Shown: positions 1 to 15,321, numbered from the whole stretch's first letter. The stretch: DNA of 62,481 bases, filler included, from Bipalium vagum (GCA_037834085.1; 3 parts of 3 records of this genome joined end to end with filler, not necessarily neighbours in it); one strand, 5' to 3'. Translations and numbers: made by a program. Notes: generated from the sequence alone by a model not told the origin.

Positions 1-76
1 CTTTACTGATTGTTTTGATTTGCACCACCTAAGATTTTGGAGTCAGGTTTAAATTTGATACCCTAAATATTGAACA
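1..76 (+). repeat. 3' end of the dispersed/LTR-like repeat also present at 46238-46312
   Basis: ctttactgattgtttt...caccaccta...ttggagtcaggt.taaatttg.taccctaaatattgaaca in both copies. Confidence 0.75.
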
Positions 77-1348
77 CAATAAAACTTTATTTTTTTAATA
101 CAGAAACATAATGATCGTTACACAATAAATCAATCTCAAATTTCAAAAATGTATTTAATAATTAATGAACAATATCAAAAGTAAAAAATTAATATAAAAT
201 CGAATCAAATGAAAAAAAATGAATCAAGTAAATAAATCGAATCAAATAAGTTGAATTCAATTATATCAAATTTGAATGTTAAAATGAAAAGAAAAGAAAA
301 ATAAAATACAAGCTCTTACAGCTTTTTTTCGTAGTTTTATTTATAATACTATTCAAATCAATGCTAAGGATTGTGCTCGGACTCCGAGTGAATTTGGGAA
401 CTAGAGGTTGTTGTCAAGAATCTGAACAGTACATAGAGGGACTAAACCCCAGTGTGCTTAAAGTAACTGCAATTGCTGTATATATTCTTTCTTTGTTTTT
501 GCGTGAATAAATATTTTTAATTAATTAATATTTCTATTATCAATAATTTTTTTTAATTTTTACCTCTATTTTACCTACTTCTGATTGAGATTTTAAGACA
601 ATGGTGTTTTCTTGAGTGCTCTGGGACATTATTTGAGATAATACCATTGTTTCGTTAGTTGTACTTTGAATAAGACTTACGGGTTATTTATTTTGTTAAA
701 AGGTGTTAATAATTAACGAAAAAACTACACTTGAGGGGATAACAGTTCAAGACAATGTTTTCGAAGTATTTTCTTTCTCTGAAAAAACTAAGAATTAACT
801 TTTCAAAAAATTAATTTTTTAAAATATTTTTAAGTATACCATTAATTAAATTAAAAAAAATGTTAATTTGAATACTAAATTTTAGGTAGATCATTTTTAA
901 ATTGTAAAAATTGCATTTTTAGAAATCACAGGGTGACAAAAATAAGTAAATTAGAAAATTATATAACTTTTATTTAACTAGAAAGAATTTAAAGTTCAAT
1001 TATTATTTGGTATTTATCAAAAATAAAAATTTAATTGAATATTTTGTAATTTGTTTATATATACATTATTCAATTAATCTTCATTTCATATGATATTTTC
1101 AAATATATATTTATATTATTGATATTGCTTAAAATTTGATCGTATTTATAATTTTTAAAGTTAAATTAACAAATTAACCAAAAAATTTATTTTCAAAATT
1201 TTAAGAATATCTCAAGTTTTAGTTTTAATATATAAATTGGCCAAAAATAATTTAATATTATAATTATGTAGTTAGTTATTTTTGTAAAAAAATAAAATTA
1301 AATGTGTTATAAAAACATCAAATAAAGAAAAAATTAAATCAATATTGT

Positions 1349-1603
1349 ATGGCCTCTATCTCATCATCTCCTAGTCTTCGCCAACTTCGTAGAAGGTCCG
1401 TAAATGTAAATTCTGGTGTAAAAATGAAAATGTTTCTTCAACAAATTGGTCTGGAAAAACACTCCAAGCTGTTTCCGGAAAATAGTTCACTTGAACAAAT
1501 TAGAGAATTATCATCAGAAATTCTTGAGAAAACATTGCAACCATTGTCACCAGGATCTAAATGCAAATTTATGACAGAATTAAGGAATCGGCATGATGAT
1601 AAA
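1349..1603 (+). CDS. MAST: MAST candidate first coding exon with a SAM-like domain
   Basis: ATG at 1349; donor AAA|GTATTA at 1604 is phase 0, matching the exon at 3285. [14 protein letters not shown]...LSSEILE...[11 protein letters not shown] fits the SAM pattern. Confidence 0.65.
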
Positions 1604-4600
1604 GTATTAATTTGATTATTTCATTAGATTTTTTAAAATTTTAATTTTTTTTCAACAATTTTGTTATTATTTAATCTTTGGAGTTTCAAATTGATATTTT
1701 ACAGAATAAAATACCTAAAATAAATCTTAAATATATTATTTGATAGATTTTATTGACTTATTCATTGAAGTAAAATTTATTTTTAAAGAACATGTTATAC
1801 GAAAATGTAATTTAATGAAATTAAGTTATTATCAGAAATGATATGCTTTAATTCTTTTACTTAGATCTTGAAATAACTGAAATCAGTACTCATCTTCAGA
1901 TTTATAATAGATTTAGATTTATAATTATTATTATTACTGTCATTTTATTCTTATTCTCATGTATAATTCTGAATGTATTACAAAATTGATTAGTTAAAAA
2001 CGATTGTTTTCTGTCTGGAATCGATTTCCGTTCTGTAACAGTGATTGATTCGCGGAGTATCACCCATCTCCCCGTTATTTATAATCAATGAATACATTTT
2101 GTTGATTTAAAGTAGTTTTTCTGTAACCACCGACGTCCTTAGTATCTATACACTGACGAATTTATGGATTTCTATTATTATATTTATTGATTACTAGAAA
2201 AATAAAAGTCTTGAAAGCCATCAATATATTACCAACAAGTTTTGTACATTATAACCCTAAAAATAGACTGTAAAAAAATAAGACGACGTCAAAATTAAAT
2301 TATCTGATCAATAAAAATGTATTATATTGATTTTGATAATAATATTATTAGTGATAGACTAGTGAGACATCTAAATGAACAATATTTCGTGCTCAAGTTC
2401 TCGTGCTCAATCAAACAAATTGAAAGGTTCAAACAACTCAGTTAATTTGATGGGCTAAGTTTAGAAATAGACAGCGTCCGACTCTATTATTAGTGACAAT
2501 TGTTTTTCTCTCTGGGTTTGGATGAGTCTGTGTGTATGATGCGCATTTTAAAATTTGAGTAAATTCCATTAAAGCGAACGAGACGGTTCTGTTTTATAGT
2601 TTGTTTGCTTGCTTGGTTTTCTTTGAGGACGTTTGATATAAAAAGGAAATCATGTTAATAAGTTTTTCTTATAATCATTGATTTCATCTCGTTCTCACAA
2701 TTTGCATTGCGATGCAAACCAGCCAGGTTAGGGAATCGTTGGATGTGATTGGTGAGACACTAAACTTGTCCTGAAGACTTTATCGTCAGATCAACCTGAG
2801 CATGTGCATTTTCGTCGATTCGTTTTCGTATTTTTGCATATTGCATGTTACACAGTCTCACCCAACATTGCTACTGCGCAAATTGACTTTTGTAATTACT
2901 CTAAATTAAGCCCAATCAATTTATTGTCTTCATTAATACTATTATCTTCTCCATATCTTTCGTTTTTTTATCGGATTTCTCTCGTTATGAAAGACAGTCA
3001 AACCGAAACCATTGTTCTCAACGATTTCAGACGTTGTTCCGTACCAGAAATCTCTGTCACCAAATATCCAGACCAAATTACCGTTTCAGAATGGAGTTTT
3101 ATTCCCAAAATACATTTAGATTTTTATGTATGATTAATTGTGCCTGAAAAAAACCGTTTTCTGATCGATGATGAATGCTGTCAAGTGTGAAAATTGCTCA
3201 TTGATTAAAAAATCTCGATTTACATATAAAAATAAAAATATTTCTTTAAAAAAAATCAATTCGGCATTTTATTCTCTTTTCCAGGACTCGTCAGACTTGA
3301 GTAACAAACGAGACATGAAAACTACCGGGAATTATTTACGGCCGGGTAATTCCAGTGGTAACGATAACCAATCCAGTCAACCGACTTCGTCGCGCAAATC
3401 AGTTGAGACAATTTCCAACCGTACCTTAAGTAGTCTGAGAAACCTACATCGAACGAGTAGCTTATCCATGGATAAAAGGCATCGACCGTTGTCATTGTCC
3501 ATTTCTGCCAGTAACACACCGAATACCACTGCATCCAGTACTCCAATAACCAATCGTGCATATGCAGGCATTATCGCTGGCATGGATACAATTATAGGTA
3601 CTTTTTAATTTTTATTTATTTCTTAGAAAAAACAGATTGTTTTTCGCTTTGTATATATTACAATAATATTTTGAACAAAAAATCAATATCACTAAACAAT
3701 GTTAATTTATCTCTAATTGCTTTTATTTTAAAAAAGTATCAAACTTTTAATCGATTTATATGAGTTATTTTTGATTATTTTTTTCACAAAAATAACATAT
3801 TTTTATCTATTGTAATATATTATTTATTTTTTATTTAAAATTTAATGTTTTTAAAAATCAACAATGTTACACCTTTGCATCGATTTATATAATTTATCTT
3901 TAATTATATTTTTTCACAAAAATAAAAATAAAATTACATATTTATCGATGCATTTATCAAATTTATTTATTCTCTTTTGATAATATTCTTCCAAAATATT
4001 AATAACAGAAAGAATTCTTATCGATTTTAATTTATTAATTGTACATAAAATTTTGTTTTCTACAATGTTCCGAAAACATGGAGATGTTTTTCTGAATATG
4101 TACCTTGAGAATATTTCTTTGTTCACCAGCAGCAGCTCGAGAATTTCCTGGGCACAAAAAATTGTACACTTGTCTTGCCGTTCTATTAATTGTTTCTTGC
4201 TCTTCTATTTGTTTGTGGTTGTGTGATATTTTAAGTTAATAGATCAAGTAATTATCTTCAACAACGACAATAACAGAAACACAGCATCTTTCTCAATCGA
4301 TTCTTTAAATTCGTTTTTTTCGAGAGGAAACCACTTAGAATAGGGACGAAATCACTCTAATTTCCCGTTTGAATAGATAATTTATGTCAAGTAGCAATTC
4401 GTAGAGAATTATGACGGTTTTCAGTTTTTCACTGACCATTTTCTTTTTTTCTATGTATAAAGCACAATTGTGATCATTGCAGATCAAAAATCAAAACAAA
4501 AAACAACCAATTCTTTTTCAGTTCTCAAATACAATATCGATCTCATTTCAATTAACTTTTGTTGTCATTCATTCGATTTTTTCATTTATAAAAGAGTCCA

Positions 4601-7600
4601 CTGACGTGGAAATATTTTCACTAAAACTTTGGCTCCAAAACAAAACGAAAGGAAATCTTTGTCTATATTTTATTTGTTAATTATATAAAATATTTCCCGT
4701 TTTTCTTTGCAAACAGCTTCTTTATCTTGATCGGGAAAATAACGATTATCTCGGGGATTAGTTTTTCTTCAATTTCATTTTATACACATACCAGAAATTA
4801 TTGATGATTCCGAACAATTTTAGACAATATAGAATAAGTGCCACTTTCTTAAACAGATTTAGATTTTCTGTTAATTATACTTTTAAATAAAACTACAGTA
4901 ATTTTTCATCGAAAACGAAAATCCCAACTTTCTCTTACAGCTGAATTTCTCATTGATTTCATTTTTAATTATTTATTTTCTGAGACAGGAAAAATACTTT
5001 ACTGAAAATTATTAAAAGTTCCATCGATGCGTAGAATGAAGCATTTATATTTCAATGGAGAATCGCAGACGACATTTATTTTAATATTATTCTCATATAA
5101 TTATAATCATATATAAATCGTTTACTCTCGAAAAAATCAATATTTAGCTAAAAAATGTTTTCTTTTTTTAAAAAGAAAATTCCACCGAATTTCATTTATC
5201 GTTTATCGTCATTTTCAACATTAATGAAGCCTTCAAACAACGCACGATGTGATTTTTTTACAATTTTTTAAAAAATTAAAATCCTTTTTCGATAACATGA
5301 TAAAATCCGAAAATGAGATCTCCGTAATTTATCTATATTTTTTGAATAAAATTCACAATAAAATTGAAAATCAATAATTTATCAAATTTTATAAGATGTC
5401 AAAAATATTTTGAACAAATAATTTTAAGATTTAGTGTTATATATAAATTTGATTATAATTGAAAAGATTTGTCTGAAATTTTCTGTCATTTTAATCTATT
5501 TTTCCCTTATTGATTTTATAAAGCTAAATGAAATTTCTATTTTTAGCGGGATTGTTATAATTGCTGACAATTAATTTTTAAGTCCCTCTTAATAATCAGT
5601 TCTAATGAGTTCTAAAAATTGTCAAAAAATGATTCAGAAATTTTGAATAAATTTAACCAGTGCTCAAAATCGATCAAGAATGCTAAATTATTGGTTTACG
5701 GTACACCAACGAAACTTGGTGTTTGTCACGGAGATCTTAGTTTTTCTGATTATTCGATTACTGAGAGATCATCAAAGATGCCTTCGTGCTCGTCTCGACT
5801 GAACAATTTTCGGAACAAATTTTTAATTAGAATCTTTTCTTAGAAACACTTTGTCCAATAATTAATTGTAACTGAGTCCGACATACTCAGTCGTTTTTAT
5901 ATTGAAGACTAATTTTGCTAATTATAATATTTCACGATCGCAATTTAAGAAATTCAATGAGAAAGATGTTATTATTTAATATTATTATTTTTCTTATTTC
6001 TTATATAAATTATTTTTGAAATATCGTTATTTATTTAAATATTCGATGTGTATTTACAGTGTGATTTAACAATAAAGAGTATCAAAATTTTCTCCACTTT
6101 AATATAGTTACTTATAAATGTCTCATTTGACTATTATAAAATCAATGAATAACTTGATGGATGAGTATAATACCAATATTTCTTATTTCTTATTTTTTTT
6201 CTAATTATTTTGGCCTGGACTTCTTTGCTGGTGACATTAACTGTGATAGAATCGGATATCTATCTATTCAATGAGGGATAAATATCATTTTTTCAAAAAT
6301 CTAATTTGAAGTGTCAAATATCAGTTTATAAAAGATATCTAAAAAAGTTAATTATTGATTTTATATATTATTTTTTTGTAAGTTTCTCAGTTCAATGAAA
6401 ATATAAATCAAATGGACATTTAATTTTATCGATTATTAATTTGTTAATTTTTTCTTTGTGAAACTTTAAAAAGTTCTCCAAATTTTGTTTAGTCTTTTCT
6501 TTTAAAGACTAACCTAAGGTCTTCAATTTAACTTTTATATCACTGACGCTTTGATATTAAGAAAAACTCTGGGTTTTAATTGAATTAAAATGAAAAATAT
6601 TTTTTCTTTTTCGGTATTGATTTTTATTTATTTAGGATAGTTTTTGGCCTTGTTTTTTGATATCATTGTCACTATTAAATGAACTAATTCAAGTTTAACA
6701 AGCTTTTCTTTCATTACATCGGGTCCAATGCGAAATTTGTAAATGTCATAAAGTAACAACCAATTTAACGTTTTCCTTACATTTTCAATTAAAGGATGGA
6801 TTTTAAAATTTACGCAAATAATATTTTTCTAATGATGAAATATTTTTTCAATATTTATTATTTTTAATATTAAATTAAAATAAAAATTCGATATCAAAAA
6901 CAAATTCAACAGAATTTTCAACAGTCTTCCTTGAAATGTCATTTATTCTTTAGCGGTTGACATGGAAAATTGAAACTTCTTGTCTATTAATTGTAACACT
7001 CATAATTAGTAAATTTATTGGATGGTTATGATCATCTCATTGCAATTTTCATTTAATCAATATTTTCGAAATGATTTTATTTCGAAGTATAGAGAAGACT
7101 ACTTAAGAAAAATAAAATTTTAATTCCTATAATCAATAGGCAGTGTAAATGTGGATAATCTTAACAATAAATATACATATATAAAACATAAATGTGTCAT
7201 TCAACTCAGGTTAAGATAAGTGACCAAAATATTGGAGACAAAGTTTAAAAATGTGAATTATGGACAATTGTAATTGATTTGATCACATTGTGTAATCAAA
7301 AAGATATTGCAAGTCTATAATAACTTCCTTCATTGACCTATGGTTTTATCAATAAACATCAATGATTTTCGACAGCCATCCATCAGTGATTTGTTTTCGT
7401 GCTTGTTTTCATCTAACTATTGTTAATGGATTTGTAAGTCAATAGGAATAATTTTAAAGTTTAATGAATTAATTTTAATAAAAAAGTAAAATCGACCACA
7501 TGTTTCATATGCGTCTTTCCTTTTAAAATTTTTAAAATTCTCCATTAATTAGATATCTTTATTTGGCTATGGTGCTAAGTCGTGCAGAGAAAAATAACGA

Positions 7601-10600
7601 AAGATATTGATTATTTAAAATTAAAATTCTTTTAACTGTCTTGATTATAAAATCATCCTTCCAGAAGAACAAGTTCTTATTGATTTTTGACTAAGCAGAT
7701 ATGTACTTCTTATAAACTCTCTGCAGAATAAAATCACTGGTAAAATGCTTATCACTTCTTAATGAACTTTCAACCTTGTTTTATTTGAAGAATGCCGAAA
7801 ATAATGACTCTATTTGTGTGCCTGTCCTTTTGATGTTTTCTAAAAAAATTTCGAAAAACTTTCAGCAGTAAAACGAAAAGTTATCATTTGAATTTTATCA
7901 GAAAGAGTGATACAATTTCAAAATTTACTACTTTAGGTACCTAAAATCGCGAAATCAATTGTAGAGGTTTCTGAGGTTTACACTTCAACAAAGTGATTTT
8001 CACTTAAATATTTTAATTGATTTTTGAGCAAAATCTTTTCATTTTTTGTTTACATTTTAATTTACATTTTTGTGTAACCAGAAGACAACTTTCAAAATCA
8101 ACATTCGAATGTGTCCTTATTTTGTTTTGAATCTTAGTATCATTTTTTGCATTTTGTGTCCATTCTATTCCTTATAAAATCAAAAATAGTTTGTTTAATC
8201 TATAATTTTCAGGTCATTCAGAAACCAGCAATCTGGTTCGGATCAAACAGTCGACATACGGACAATCGGTTCCAAATCTTTCAAGCAGTCATGTAAGTGA
8301 TATTTATCGATTTCCTTTTCGTAAAATAATCTCAATCAATAATCAAGTGAAATCTTTATATTGTGAAAAAATAAATCGTAATTGATTCTATTGAAAGCGG
8401 TGTTTAAACTCAAATATCACAATCGAATTTTTGTCATCATTTTATAGAGAATAATAATTGATTATTATCGTGCTCGAAACGATATTTGACTTTTGACACT
8501 AGGAGTCTTCACTTCCTCATTTGGGGTTCATTAAGATTGCCAATTGAAGATCATTATTACCGAGGGCGAAGTGCCAATGGAAATAAAACACGTAATAATT
8601 CAATTAAGCCTTTCCATTTTCATATGCCAAAAATCGACTTTCAAAGAATATCTGGTTCTGTCATCAGCAATTGAGATTTATTTATAATTTGGAGGAAATA
8701 TTTCTGGAATTATTTTTTGGCATGTTTCAAATCTCCAATTAAATAATAAATCTTTTTTGTCGATCAATGGATTAAATTCTCCTTTTCTTTTCTTTAAAAT
8801 CATGAAGTCCGTATTTTTCTCAATCAATTTTTAATAAAGTGGGTGAAGGAAGTCCGGAACTACGTAATCAAGAACCATTTTCTCCCCTTTCGGCAGTTGA
8901 AGATGAAATTAATTTAATTATTATTTCAATTTATTATTAATAATACATTATCTCAGTTACACACAAGAAAATAAATGTATTGATGTTAATTATTGTCGAA
9001 TATTTCCTTTAACATTTTCCTAATGCATTAAATAAATGATTTTAAGAAAATTTAATTTAATTTAACTATATAATGATAATAAAAATATATAAAAAAATAA
9101 TAATTTTAATAATTTGTAACAAATATCGTTAAATATATTAATTTTTTTTAAAAATGTTTGTGCTATAATATTAAATGTACAGTATTCATATATTTATTGA
9201 TTTTTGTGTTGTATTAGAGTGATATTATTTAAAGGTCACATCTATCCCATTAATATCAGAACCCAAGAAAGGCACTCTGCAGAAGTTTTACAAAATTATA
9301 TTAATAAAAAAATAGATTGTGAACATCATGGTTTTTTTAACATTATTACGTATTATGTCTACGCAAGTTATAAATTTAATGTTGTTTACAAACAAAGCTT
9401 ATCAATGATATTTTACTGATCCCATTAGTTTTGTATTACGTTCTTGACATTTGCAATCAATTAATATTAATAATGTGACTATATTGTGCTTTGATTCATT
9501 GTTTTTTAATAAAATACTTAATTGATATTTTTTCAGATATTTTGTTTTATTATATTATTTTGTTTTGTAATTAATTTCTTCTATGGTATTCATGAAAACC
9601 TAGATACATAAAATAAAAAATCAATATATATGTAAAAAAAAACAAACCATTCAACAACATCGTAATTTCATTACTTATCAATTTTCTAGTGATTTTTAAA
9701 AGGAAAATTAAGTACGAAGGATTGTGAAATAAAATATTACTAAAATCAAAGTCAATTGAGTACCATGATCGAAGTAAAATGAATAAGTTCTCTGAATAAC
9801 AATTAGTCATACAAAATGAAAATGCTACGCGCAGTGTTTATAATTATGATTATTTTCGGGAATAATTATTTTCCATTTTCCCCCAATAGTTGTTTGTCAT
9901 AAATTCTCAGAAAACATGCCTCAGAGCACCACATGAACACATTTATTTTTCATACAAATTAATTATGATATGAGTAGACTGCCACTGAAAGAGAAATACA
10001 ATCTAATTTTTGTATAACTAGTTTCTAAACTGCATGCGATAAGCCGAGATAGAGAAAGCATTCCTTGCCTTGCTTATTTGTTGTCTTATTTTGTTGTTTG
10101 CTCTGGTCGCCGTTGGGTGACAATAATCGTGGATGCATGATAAGATCTACATCTCAAAAATATTGCCTATTTCTTGACAAAAGAAACTTCGTTCAATGAA
10201 ATCAACACAAAACGTAACTGCTGCAAACACAACACTGATAACATAAACCCAATTATTTCAAGACAAGCCCCATAAGCAGATTCGCTTTCTATATTACTTG
10301 CCTCCTCCCATCATCGCCCATATATGAATAACTTTGCAACCAATAAGATTTCTTGTATCAATTGAAGATTTACAGTTGGTCGATTTCCGATTCAATTGTC
10401 GACAGATCGATGTAAAAGAATCATAATTGAACAGTGAAGTATTTATTATCATTTACAATTTCTTTTATTTCATCGCCCGTGCAATATTATATCGATATAT
10501 CTTAATTCGAGCAAACTATATCATGTGTTGACATTTATTGAAAAAATCTATCGTTTTCTTCACATGACAAGGAAGTCAGTAATCAGCAGTATTCCGTCCC

Positions 10601-12545
10601 ATATGTTCGATCGGTTCAGTCTTTATTACCGATCAAAAAATCTCGGTATTTTTCTGACCTAATAGCAGCCCATGATTCTGTTGGTGATTTTAAAAATCTG
10701 TTTCGATAAAATTTGTCATTTTCATTCTTTGCTCAAATGGTTATTGTTCTTTCACATACCATTTTATAATCAAAGTTCAAAATTTGGCACTTGTCTTTAC
10801 TCTCAAATGCAAGCTCGTCATTTATATAATTGGCTCAACGATATTGATTATATAGATCATCATACACTACCTGATACTGTAACAGTAGCTACAAAAGTCG
10901 ATGCAGCCATTCAAACTGATTCCAACAATCGTTGTGGAAAATGTCATTGTCGTCACAAAATTCGTAGTCGTTTACAGCTGCATGAATCTGTGAAAAAGAA
11001 GACATCTAAATCAATTAGTGAAACGGAAAAACATGAAAATTATAAAAAACATGTAAAATTTGATAATAGTATCTATACTCAAATGTTTGACAATGTTCTT
11101 GCTAAATATAACCGTGATGTTCTTAGCCACCAAGAGGAGTTGATAAATTCTGCATTCCCAAAAAGTCAAAGCTATACCGAAGATTTGGTTCAGATAAATG
11201 AACTTCAAGAGAAAGATCACGTTGATATTCAAAATGATTCAAAATCTTCGGAAACTGCTGATCAAGTCGATAGTGAAATATGTTCAAGAAAAATTACGAG
11301 AAGTAAAAGTGACACGAAAATATTATCGATTTGGTGGTCACATATTGCAAAGTATAAGGTTAATTTACGAAATAATGATTTTTTTCCATTTCACCAGTAG
11401 TGAAGAAAAAGGGAGCACTTGTTATTAAAAATTTTTCGTTTAGTTTCTCTTATTTCGCCACATATCGCATTACTGAACTTTTAAATACTGTAAATATTTG
11501 CGAGTTGTTGAAGTAGATCTCAAGGGATGGTTTCATTTCAAACAGCCTTTAGAGAATAGCTGCTTTTAGAAAATTTTATTCCATTACAATCAAAAGTTGA
11601 CAGATTAATGAGTTTATTTCCCAAATTGGCTTATTAATTATCGACATTTTGAGCTTTATACACATAATTAATAATTATTTTATACAATACCACAAAGTTT
11701 TTCATTTTAATATTGATCAAAATGATTGAAATGTTTAAACGCAAAATTGAAGAATATTTCGAAATCTTTATTATTGATAGTATAATCAGTTTTTGTGGAA
11801 CACGATATTACCTTTTTGTTCTCGTTCATATTTTGATAAAGAAAATTATAAAATAATTCTCTATTAAAAATTCCCTTGCTCCCACAAACATATTCTAAAG
11901 ATATTTAGATTAAGTGGTATGAGCCTAGAAATTATTTTGTTTTCACCATGTAGAGAAGAAATATCGATTTAATAAAAACACCATTTTAAAATTAAGAAAG
12001 TTATTATATAAGGTTCGTATTAAAATAATTCAACTTTAAATTTTTTTGAACATTAACAAGTCAAATTTAATGATTATTTTATTATTTGACTTAAATTTAA
12101 CATTCAGTGTACTTTTATGGATTCTAAGAAATATTTCTGTGATATAAAATGACAATGAAAAGTTACAAAAATTTCAAATTTCATTGCAAAACTTTCATCA
12201 GAAGATAACAAACAATATAGTAACAGGCACTCTCTAAATCTGTAAAATGCCAAAATTGTAAGAAAAAATTATTTTTCTTGGAAAATTCCATACCGAAAAC
12301 ATTTATAAAGTTTACGAAAAATGTAAAAAATCCAGCTTAAAACAATCTTTTATAATTTCTTTTATAAGTGTTGTCAAAATAAAAAATAAAATATTGATAT
12401 TATTTTATAAAATGATTAATTTATTTTTCGATTTTTTTCGGTCTTCTAGTTTTGTAAAAGATGAATATTTTTATATGTATTATTTAATATTCCAACTATT
12501 CTTATTCTTATTCTTATTATTTCTTTTTCATTTTTGTTTTTTTCA

Positions 12546-12602
<57 letters not shown>

Positions 12603-12707
12603 ATTATTATTATTTTCATTAATTTGTTTTAATTAACGAAATTCAATAATTGATTTTGACAAAGATTTCATAAAGAATTGATTTTTTTGATTGATTTGAT
12701 AATAGTA

Positions 12708-12786
<79 letters not shown>

Positions 12787-15321
12787 GAAAACTGAGTATT
12801 TTATTTAATTTTAAAAAAATCGATGAAAAGGTGCTTAAAAATTTCTCTACAAAACAGATTTTTTATACCTTTATTATTATTAATTGTCTTAAATGAAAGA
12901 TTTATAAAAAATGGATATATAAAAAAATTTTCATCTTGAGAGAAAACCTAATTTTTTTGTCGAAGATAACTGAATAATTCTCTGTGGAAAAAATTAGTAG
13001 CCATTTTTCCATTATGTCACTGATTCATCAATAATTTCACAGTTTTAACCAGATCGATAATCATTTGCAGAAATATAATTGGCAATTTTTTATCTGATCA
13101 AATTGTGAGTTGTTCTTGCGTCTTCTGCGAGATTATTGCGTTGTTCATTAATCTGGGAGATATGGATTATATTCGTGGGCTGTTAGTTAATTATGTCTTA
13201 TCATACCGTCTATTGGCAGGAAATTTCTAATATTATTATTCCTTTCTTGATTGTTCTCGTCAACGCATAATAATTAAATAATACATACCAACTTTATTCT
13301 CAGAATCGATTGAGTTTCCTTAGGTTACAACGATAAACTATTTCACTTTTTCAGAATTGTTTGATTTATAAGCCAAGACTGTTAATAATGTCAATAATTA
13401 TTTTTTCCTAACTCAAATTCTTTTTGAGTTCGGCTATCAACAATTCCTCTAATGTACCACTGATAGACTATTCTTTTGGAATTTGAAAACAAACTTTTGC
13501 CTAATTCTGGAACATAAAATTTATTTTTCACTAATTTCATTCATTTGTTAAATTTATATTTGAAACACAATATTAAATAAAATTATTTAGCTTTTACACT
13601 TAGTATATTTACTAATTCTTAATGTTTCCACAATATTGATTATAAAAAATTCCATTTATTTTTGTAGAAAGATCTTACCTTTAAAGATAGTACTGTCACT
13701 TCTCGACCAAGGCTGTCTTCAAATATATCTCGAGTGAGCTCTCATGGGCGCAGAAATCTTTTATTCTTGGGTTCCAATCATCCATTGCCAACAGCAAATT
13801 CAAGCACAATCAAAACAATAACTGTTGGGGATTCAAAGGATATAAAAACTGGTAATATAATAATAATAATAAAAATTATTATAATTATAATAATAATAAA
13901 TAAATAAATAAAATAATAATAACAAAATAAAATCTCATTCTTATTTTGAAATATTTTAAAAAATATAAATTTTCTTAACACAAATAATTATAATTATAAA
14001 TAAAAAATATAATTTTCTCTTAATTAATAATAAAAAGAATATTAAAAATTAGAACGATATTTCAAAACCAATTTCACTTTCATTAGCATAAAATTGAGAT
14101 TAATCATTATTGGCAAATTTATTGATTATTCTGTAAGAAAGATGGCAATAAATAAACTTTGATTCATTGACTACTCTTCCTATATATGAAAGGATACTAA
14201 TCAATACACTTGTCTGTTATGACTGGCCAATTTCTGTTAAAATTATGAAAATTATTAATTTGCTGGAGGCATAATTTCTAAAAGTGGCTCAAATTATATA
14301 ATTATACATATTTAACATTCAATTCTTCCATTTTTCTCAACATTATTTGTGTTCACAGAAAATTTGTTTATTTACCAAATTAATAAGATCAATATAGTAC
14401 GATGGCCGATAGAAAATATATTGGAGACATATTTTACAGCCAATGAACTCAAGGTGCTAAGTGTTATTGTTTCCCGGGTTTGAACGACAAATATATTATA
14501 AATAATAGACATAGTTTTTTGTTCCAGTTTATTGAAATACCCAAGTATTATTGTTATAATCTCTTTTCCATAAGAAAGAAAATCATTTGCCACATTGGAG
14601 ACATTCTTTTCACAGGATATCCGTGCATTAAAAATCAATTGGATAATGAGTTAAAGTCCACTCAATTTTAATTTTCATATTATATTATTATAAGACTATT
14701 AATATATAGTCTATACGTAAAACTTAACTTTTTTGCTATTTAATTATTGATTATTATTTGAATTTCAGTAGCTCAATTTTATTTTGAACAACCAATTTCT
14801 TTTTATTATGATAATATTTGACGAAATTTTATTCTTAATAATAAGAAATTATATCACAAAATTTAAATGTAATCTTTGACTCTTCGAGTTTATGGGTTCT
14901 TCGTTAAATGTCACATTTTTCGAAAAAATTATGCCAAATTTTAATACTATTAGAACACACGTAAAGTTAAGTCAACGAAAATCTTGAAAAAAAATTTACT
15001 TTCTTTTCTCCTTTAATATTTATGGTTGTTTTTGCAAAATTATGAAGTATTTATCACTGACGTTATCGATCAAGATTGATTTTAAGTCATTCGCTTTTGC
15101 CTTAATTAAGAATAATTAATTAAAATTTTAAAATCTGAACATCTTTTACCCTTTTTTAATTTATTTTAAATTAACAAGTAATATTTAATATGATCGAATT
15201 GATAACATCCAGTATTCAGAGTATAAAAAATGTCAGTAATTTCTCAAGATACTTTTATAATAATTTTAAAAATTGTATAAATTAAAATAATAATAATAAT
15301 ACTAATAATACTAATAATAAT

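Noticed and set aside
12394-12896. ORFs with poly-Leu and poly-Asn
   Set aside because: They are translations of TTA/AAT microsatellites.
14372-14671. Overlapping ORFs in a MAST intron
   Set aside because: No recognisable motif and no phase-compatible splice sites are needed by the gene model.
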